A stretch of DNA of 63,336 nt, the filler included. It is 16 parts of 16 records of this genome, joined end to end, with 100 filler letters (N's around TTAATTAATTAA, not from the genome) between each part and the next. Parts side by side here need not be neighbours in the genome. Positions count along the whole stretch, not along the records: positions 56,381 to 63,336 come from SRR16133337_51896; 15 more parts are not named here. One strand, 5' to 3'. A program made the translations under genes and the position numbers. Shown piece by piece: positions 58,312 through 63,336 of the stretch. How positions within the stretch are numbered: position 1 is the stretch's first letter; each line of letters begins with the position of its first letter. The notes under the pieces were generated by a model. That model was given only the letters and a program-made list of their open reading frames with translations, was not told the DNA's origin and made no database searches.

Positions 58312-61300
58312 GGATTAATTCCCTTGAAGAAGAACTACTCCACTCAGTAAATAATGCAAGAATAATAAAACAGAGTGGTTTACCCAACACCTCGGACAGA
58401 CCAGTTGGGTACCTTAGATGTAAGATATATAACCGTAGCATTTTGAGCAAGGTACTCATTGATAGCGGCAATATGTTTGGTGATTTAATATCAGAAGAAC
58501 TTGCTATGCTACTAAGCCTGCGTATTACAGGACAACCTAAAACAGTAGGAACCGCATCCTCAAATGGCAGTGTATCTATTCTTGGTAAAACTAAACCTTT
58601 CAAGTTATATCTTGAAGGAATAAGTGATGCAGTTACAATTCATCCTTATGTAGTGAAAGACTTAGCACATCCAATCAATCTTGGTCAGAATTTTCTAAGA
58701 ACTCATAATGCAGATATGAACTTTAGGAAATGTGGTGTCCAGCTCAGAATTAAAGGAAGCACTACCATGCTTGATTCCTCAAGTACCAGCCTCACCAAGT
58801 CAACTATTGATTCTCGAGTTAAACTTTTATTGGAAAAGTTTAAATCTGAAGGTGAAAATCCATGGTCAGAGAAAGCAGAGATACTAGATCTTAGAGTTAA
58901 TCAAGTTGATGAAGAACAGGATGATCAACAAGATGTGCCTGGAGTGTTCTACAAAGACCATAAGAAGGCCATAGAATTTAGTGAAACTTCTACCAGAGTG
59001 TCTAATCATGAGAAAGTACTGCTTAAGGCAGGACACACTACTGTTGTGATGTTGCAAAGAGGAAGAGTAAACTTACCTCCTCCCCTGTTACACAAGCAGC
59101 AGAATGATGTATTCTTGAATCCCAAGAAAACTAATAGATGGCTAAATGAGAAGCAGATATTTGTACATCCTGGAACTTATCACCGTGATGGAAATTTTGT
59201 GAAAGTGAATGTTACAAATTTCAGTTCAATAGATCAATATTTACCACAACATTGCCATGTTGGAAACATTGTAGAAGCCATTTCTCATGCCAAGAATGGA
59301 GTTAACACTCTGGATCACCGGCCAACAGCTCACCTTACTGAAGATGAGTTATTAGAGAGGAGAACATACATCATCCACCAACTTAAACTAGACGATAATG
59401 CTATGCTTAACCAAAATCCTGAGCATAAAGAAGAAGTGATTCAGATCTTTCTTGATGGATGGGATGCTATATCAATCAATGAGGCAGATTATGGGTTAAC
59501 TAACCTCATGAAGTTTCATATTGAAGTACCAAAAGGAACCACTCCAGTAAGAGACAGAGTCCGTCCCCTTAATCCTATGCAAGAAAATGATTTGCAGCGC
59601 CAAATTGATGATTGGATACAGGCAGAAGTGATTGAGCCTTCCAATAGTCCTTGGGCCAGTGCTCTTGTGCCATGCAAGAAGAAAGGTACTGATAAGTACC
59701 GATGGGCTATAGATTACCGTAAACTCAATGCAGTGACTGTCAAAGATGCTTTTCCATTGTCTCATATAGAGACTAACTTGCAAAAGTTATCAGGAACATC
59801 AATTTTTAGTACTTTAGATAGTGCTGGTGCATTCCATACCATACCAGTGCATGAAGAGCATAGAGATTATACTGCTTTCAATACTCCTTTTGGTCAATAC
59901 AGATTCTGTAGATTACCATTTGGACTGGCAAATGCCCCTAGCTCATACAGCCGTTTGGTACAGATGGCTTTAGATCGTTTGCCATCGGGATTTGCCTTGG
60001 GATATATTGACGACATCATCATTCACTCACAACAACTGAGTGATCATGTGGATCATCTTCGGCAAGTAGTGATGCTTCATGTGGACGTCGGAATGAAGCT
60101 TAATCTACAGAAATGTGACATTTTTAAAGAAGAAGTACAATATTTAGGTCATCTAGTTTCAGCAGAAGGGATTAGGATGATACCTAGTTATGTACAGAAG
60201 ATAATGGAGTGGCCATTACCAGAAACAGGTAAAGAACTCCGTTCCTTCCTTGGATTTACTGGATATTACAGGAGTTTCATCAAAGAGTATGCACATCTCA
60301 CCCATGAGATGAATAAGATGAAGACTGGAAACCAGTTAGAATGGACTACATCAACTCAGGAGAAGTTTCAACTCTTGAAAGAATGTTTCAATCAGAAGCC
60401 TGTACGAGGTTATCCTCAATATGATAATCCTGAGCCATTTATACTAGATACTGATTTCAGTGCAACAAATATGGCAGCTGTTTTAAGTCAAAAGCAGGAT
60501 GGGAAAGAAATATTTCTTGGATGTGTTGCTAAGAAATGTTCTACAGCTGAATCTAGCTATCCTCCCCACAAAGGAGAATTGGCTGCAGTCATACTAGGTA
60601 CCAAGAAGTTTGAGCATATTCTTAGAGCCAGACCCTTTGTGATAAGAACAGACAGTAGATGTGTTCAATTTCTTCATTCAATGAAGGAATATAGAGGAAT
60701 CTATGCCAGATGGAATTGTTACTTGAATAGTTTCCAGTTCCAACTTGAACACAGAGCAGGCACTAAGCAGATTAATGCTGATGCCTTGAGCAGAATGCCT
60801 GGACTACCAGAAGAGGAAGTTATTGAGGATCCGACAGAGTATCTCCATGACATTGATGATATCTATGTTCTCAACCCTGAAGCTGTCCCTATTATCACTG
60901 AGGAGGTTTTGAAGAAAGAGAATCAGAGTGATAATGTGATCTGTAGGATAATAAGATATGTTGAGGAAAAGAAGAAGCCTGATAAGGAAGAGAGAAAGAC
61001 TCTAGGCTCCATAGGAATGTCTTATGTTAATGTTTTTGAATGCCTTAGCGTAGAGAATGGCATTCTCAAGTATCAAGGTCCTTCCTTGAATGGCAAGACA
61101 CAAGTGAAAAGATTATGTTTGCCTGTCAAGCTTTATAATCTTGCCTTTGAAATGTGTCATGCAGATTCTTCAGGAACAAGTGGACATTTTGGTATTAACA
61201 ATACATTCCACAAGATGAAAGACAGATTCTACTTTCCTCATATGTATGCCCAGATCAGTGCAAGGATCAATAACTGTGTGCCATGCATCACTAAGAGATC

Positions 61301-62702
61301 ATCATTGCCAAAAGGACAACATAAACATCATAGAGAACAGTTAAGCTATTTCAATCAACGTGTTTATTGTGATGTAGTAGGAGAACTAACTGGCAGTCCT
61401 CACCATGGACGTACATGCCGGTACCTGCTGACTATACAAGATGGATTTACTAGATACCTTGTAGCAGTGCCCATACCTGATCAGACTACAGACACTATTG
61501 TCAATACTTTCATTGACAACTGGATTTACGTATTTGGATGTCCTGAAACCTTACATACAGATAGAGGAAGCTCCTATACTTCCAACCTTTTCAAAGAAGT
61601 AATGCGCGCCTTGGGAATTGTGAAGACAGTTACACCAGCATACTCACCCGAAGGTGATAGAGTAGAAAGAGCACATAGAGTCTTAGGAGATCTTTTGCGA
61701 GCAGATAGGAGATATGAAGCACAACGTTGGACTGACAAGTTGAGAGCTGCACTTCTAGCTTACAATGCTTCTGTAAACAGAATAACCGGTTTATCTCCGT
61801 TTGAAGCAGTGTTTCACAGACCAGTAACCTTACCCGTTGATGTTGTTTTTCCACTCAACAAACCAGAAGGTCAATCCTGGTCAACTCATGTGAAGAACTT
61901 AAGAGTTAAACTTAGCCAACTATGTGAAGTTATCTGTAAGAATCAAGAAACTGGTATAATGAGAGATAATGCTAGATTTCAAGCAAGGTCAAAACCTGCA
62001 TTTCAGGAAGGAGATTTCTGTTACTACTTTTTGGCCAGAGTAAAACCTGGTTTATCTAAGAAGTTAGGCTCTCATTGGTTAGGGCCTTGGAAAGTGACAA
62101 AAGTGATTTCAGATTCTTTAGTAACCCTTTACCCAGCTGGCAATTGGAGTCAAAACCCTCGTGAAATCTCAGCAATAGTGAACAGGCTGAAGAAAGTAGA
62201 TCCAACATTAGCTGCCAGTACTACTAGAGATTTTGAAAAATTGGACTTGGATATATTAACTGAGGATTTGGACGATGGTGCAGAATACTTATCCTACCAA
62301 GAAGAATTTGAGAGTATTCAACCCCACCCCAGTACAACAATACCAATTACCCCTTCTTGTCCAAGCTCAAGTGAAACAATACCAGAAGAAGTAAGTGATG
62401 AAAACACTGAAATTTGTCCAGGACAAACTGAAAATCCTCAAATCAATCAGGAAATAAATGATTCTCCTAATGATAATGAAAGAGGATTTATCCCAGATAG
62501 TGACAATATCATAAGTGAAAATATGAATGTGGAACCATTCAATGATTCACTAACAGTTAATTCAGAAGATGTAACTCCTCCACCTAGTACCTCCTCAGAA
62601 CCTTGTACACCAAGGAAACCTGTGAGACAAGCAGCTGAATTAGCTAAAATAAGAATTATGTATCAGAATATGTCATCTAGAAGAAGCAAAAAGAATAAAT
62701 AA
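58299..62702 (+). CDS. pol: Ty3/Gypsy Pol polyprotein (protease-RT-RNase H-integrase) in the -1 frame relative to gag
   Basis: LIDSG protease; RT PWASA, DYRKLN, LPFGL, YIDD; RNase H LDTDFS, KGELAA, RTD, NADALSR; integrase HHCC, D-D(TDRG)-E(VER), GPW; frame open from 58278. Confidence 0.93.
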   Translation, partial: RPELGINSLEEELLHSVNNARIIKQSGLPNTSDRPVGYLRCKIYNRSILSKVLIDSGNMFGDLISEELAMLLSLRITGQPKTVGTASSNGSVSILGKTKPFKLYLEGISDAVTIHPYVVKDLAHPINLGQNFLRTHNADMNFRKCGVQLRIKGSTTMLDSSSTSLTKSTIDSRVKLLLEKFKSEGENPWSEKAEILDLRVNQVDEEQDDQQDVPGVFYKDHKKAIEFSETSTRVSNHEKVLLKAGHTTVVMLQRGRVNLPPPLLHKQQNDVFLNPKKTNRWLNEKQIFVHPGTYHRDGNFVKVNVTNFSSIDQYLPQHCHVGNIVEAISHAKNGVNTLDHRPTAHLTEDELLERRTYIIHQLKLDDNAMLNQNPEHKEEVIQIFLDGWDAISINEADYGLTNLMKFHIEVPKGTTPVRDRVRPLNPMQENDLQRQIDDWIQAEVIEPSNSPWASALVPCKKKGTDKYRWAIDYRKLNAVTVKDAFPLSHIETNLQKLSGTSIFSTLDSAGAFHTIPVHEEHRDYTAFNTPFGQYRFCRLPFGLANAPSSYSRLVQMALDRLPSGFALGYIDDIIIHSQQLSDHVDHLRQVVMLHVDVGMKLNLQKCDIFKEEVQYLGHLVSAEGIRMIPSYVQKIMEWPLPETGKELRSFLGFTGYYRSFIKEYAHLTHEMNKMKTGNQLEWTTSTQEKFQLLKECFNQKPVRGYPQYDNPEPFILDTDFSATNMAAVLSQKQDGKEIFLGCVAKKCSTAESSYPPHKGELAAVILGTKKFEHILRARPFVIRTDSRCVQFLHSMKEYRGIYARWNCYLNSFQFQLEHRAGTKQINADALSRMPGLPEEEVIEDPTEYLHDIDDIYVLNPEAVPIITEEVLKKENQSDNVICRIIRYVEEKKKPDKEERKTLGSIGMSYVNVFECLSVENGILKYQGPSLNGKTQVKRLCLPVKLYNLAFEMCHADSSGTSGHFGINNTFHKMKDRFYFPHMYAQISARINNCVPCITKRSSLPKGQHKHHREQLSYFNQRVYCDVVGELTGSPHHGRTCRYLLTIQDGFTRYLVAVPIPDQTTDTIVNTFIDNWIYVFGCPETLHTDRGSSYTSNLFKEVMRALGIVKTVTPAYSPEGDRVERAHRVLGDLLRADRRYEAQRWTDKLRAALLAYNASVNRITGLSPFEAVFHRPVTLPVDVVFPLNKPEGQSWSTHVKNLRVKLSQLCEVICKNQETGIMRDNARFQARSKPAFQEGDFCYYFLARVKPGLSKKLGSHWLGPWKVTKVISDSLVTLYPAGNWSQNPREISAIVNRLKKVDPTLAASTTRDFEKLDLDILTEDLDDGAEYLSYQEEFESIQPHPSTTIPITPSCPSSSETIPEEVSDENTEICPGQTENPQINQEINDSPNDNERGFIPDSDNIISENMNVEPFNDSLTVNSEDVTPPPSTSSEPCTPRKPVRQAAELAKIRIMYQNMSSRRSKKNK

Positions 62703-63336
62703 AATGCAAAATTCTTAAAAAGACATATTGACTTTGACCATTCTATACTTAACATCTCTGTGAAAAAGTCCATTAGTAGATGGTTTTGAATGTGAAAAAT
62801 TATCTGATGTCAATTTTGAAATATACATCATTAATTTTGAATTCCTGGGCAAATATACTTAAAAACTCAAAATATATGCTTATCTGATCTTGATAAAATC
62901 ATTGAGTGAGAATAATCAATTAACTTCAAAAATATTTGTTATCTGATTCCATCAAACTGTGAGAACTAAAATTATTTCCAAATATTCTTATCAGATTTAA
63001 ATATTTGTGACCATATCAATAGTAAGATCTGGAAATCCTGAGAAACAAACATTAATTATCCTAAATTTTATCTGATGGAAATGTCAACCTTAATGATCTT
63101 TAAATTTTGTGGCCAAAAAGTTAATGACTTTTATCATCATGAAAATCTAAAAGTGACCTCAAAATGGTGGGAAACCTATAATATGAAAACCAAGTATTTG
63201 GGAAAACCAGATTCTCCCCTTCTCTTCCCCCACCCCCTGAAAATTGGGTATAAAAGCAACAGCTAGTGGCCTATATCTTCAGTATCAATTCATTATTTGA
63301 ATAGTGAACAGCTACAATGACCCAGAATATGATTGA

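Larger units (their letters stand above)
56381..63336 (+). mobile_element. Ty3/Gypsy LTR retrotransposon with intact gag and pol; 3' LTR not reached within the window
   Basis: Order LTR-PBS-gag-PR-RT-RH-IN. Confidence 0.9.

Overview
This window is not one locus. It is 16 short contigs joined by 15 identical artificial 100-bp linkers (N44-TTAATTAATTAA-N44), so gene neighbourhoods cannot be read across linkers. Seven contigs look like a Flavobacteriaceae-type Bacteroidota: gltBD; SIR2-HerA-YhcG; porU-porV; two GT4 glycosyltransferases plus a methyltransferase; mdh-DUF6588-gyrB-higB; sugar transferase-mutS-sod-arsC-2-hydroxyacid dehydrogenase-panB; and an EcoRI-like R-M pair. Nine contigs look eukaryotic: an L1/Tx1-like LINE ORF2, a Ty3/Gypsy element (5' LTR, tRNA-Leu-like PBS, HIV-type UUUUUUA -1 frameshift site), GT-AG intron genes for modular extracellular proteins, a TA-flanked MITE, and largely non-coding DNA. 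The most interesting signal is in contig 49216-51853. There the EcoRI-like operon and a small unannotated two-repeat gene each sit between attC-like hairpins. Each cassette's first and last core boxes are complementary to each other, and the hairpins fold fully only on the strand opposite the genes. This suggests an integron-like cassette array carrying defence genes in a flavobacterium, although no integrase is visible. A truncated site of the same style lies upstream of SIR2-HerA. A dispersed MITE-like repeat family also occurs in the bacterial contigs.
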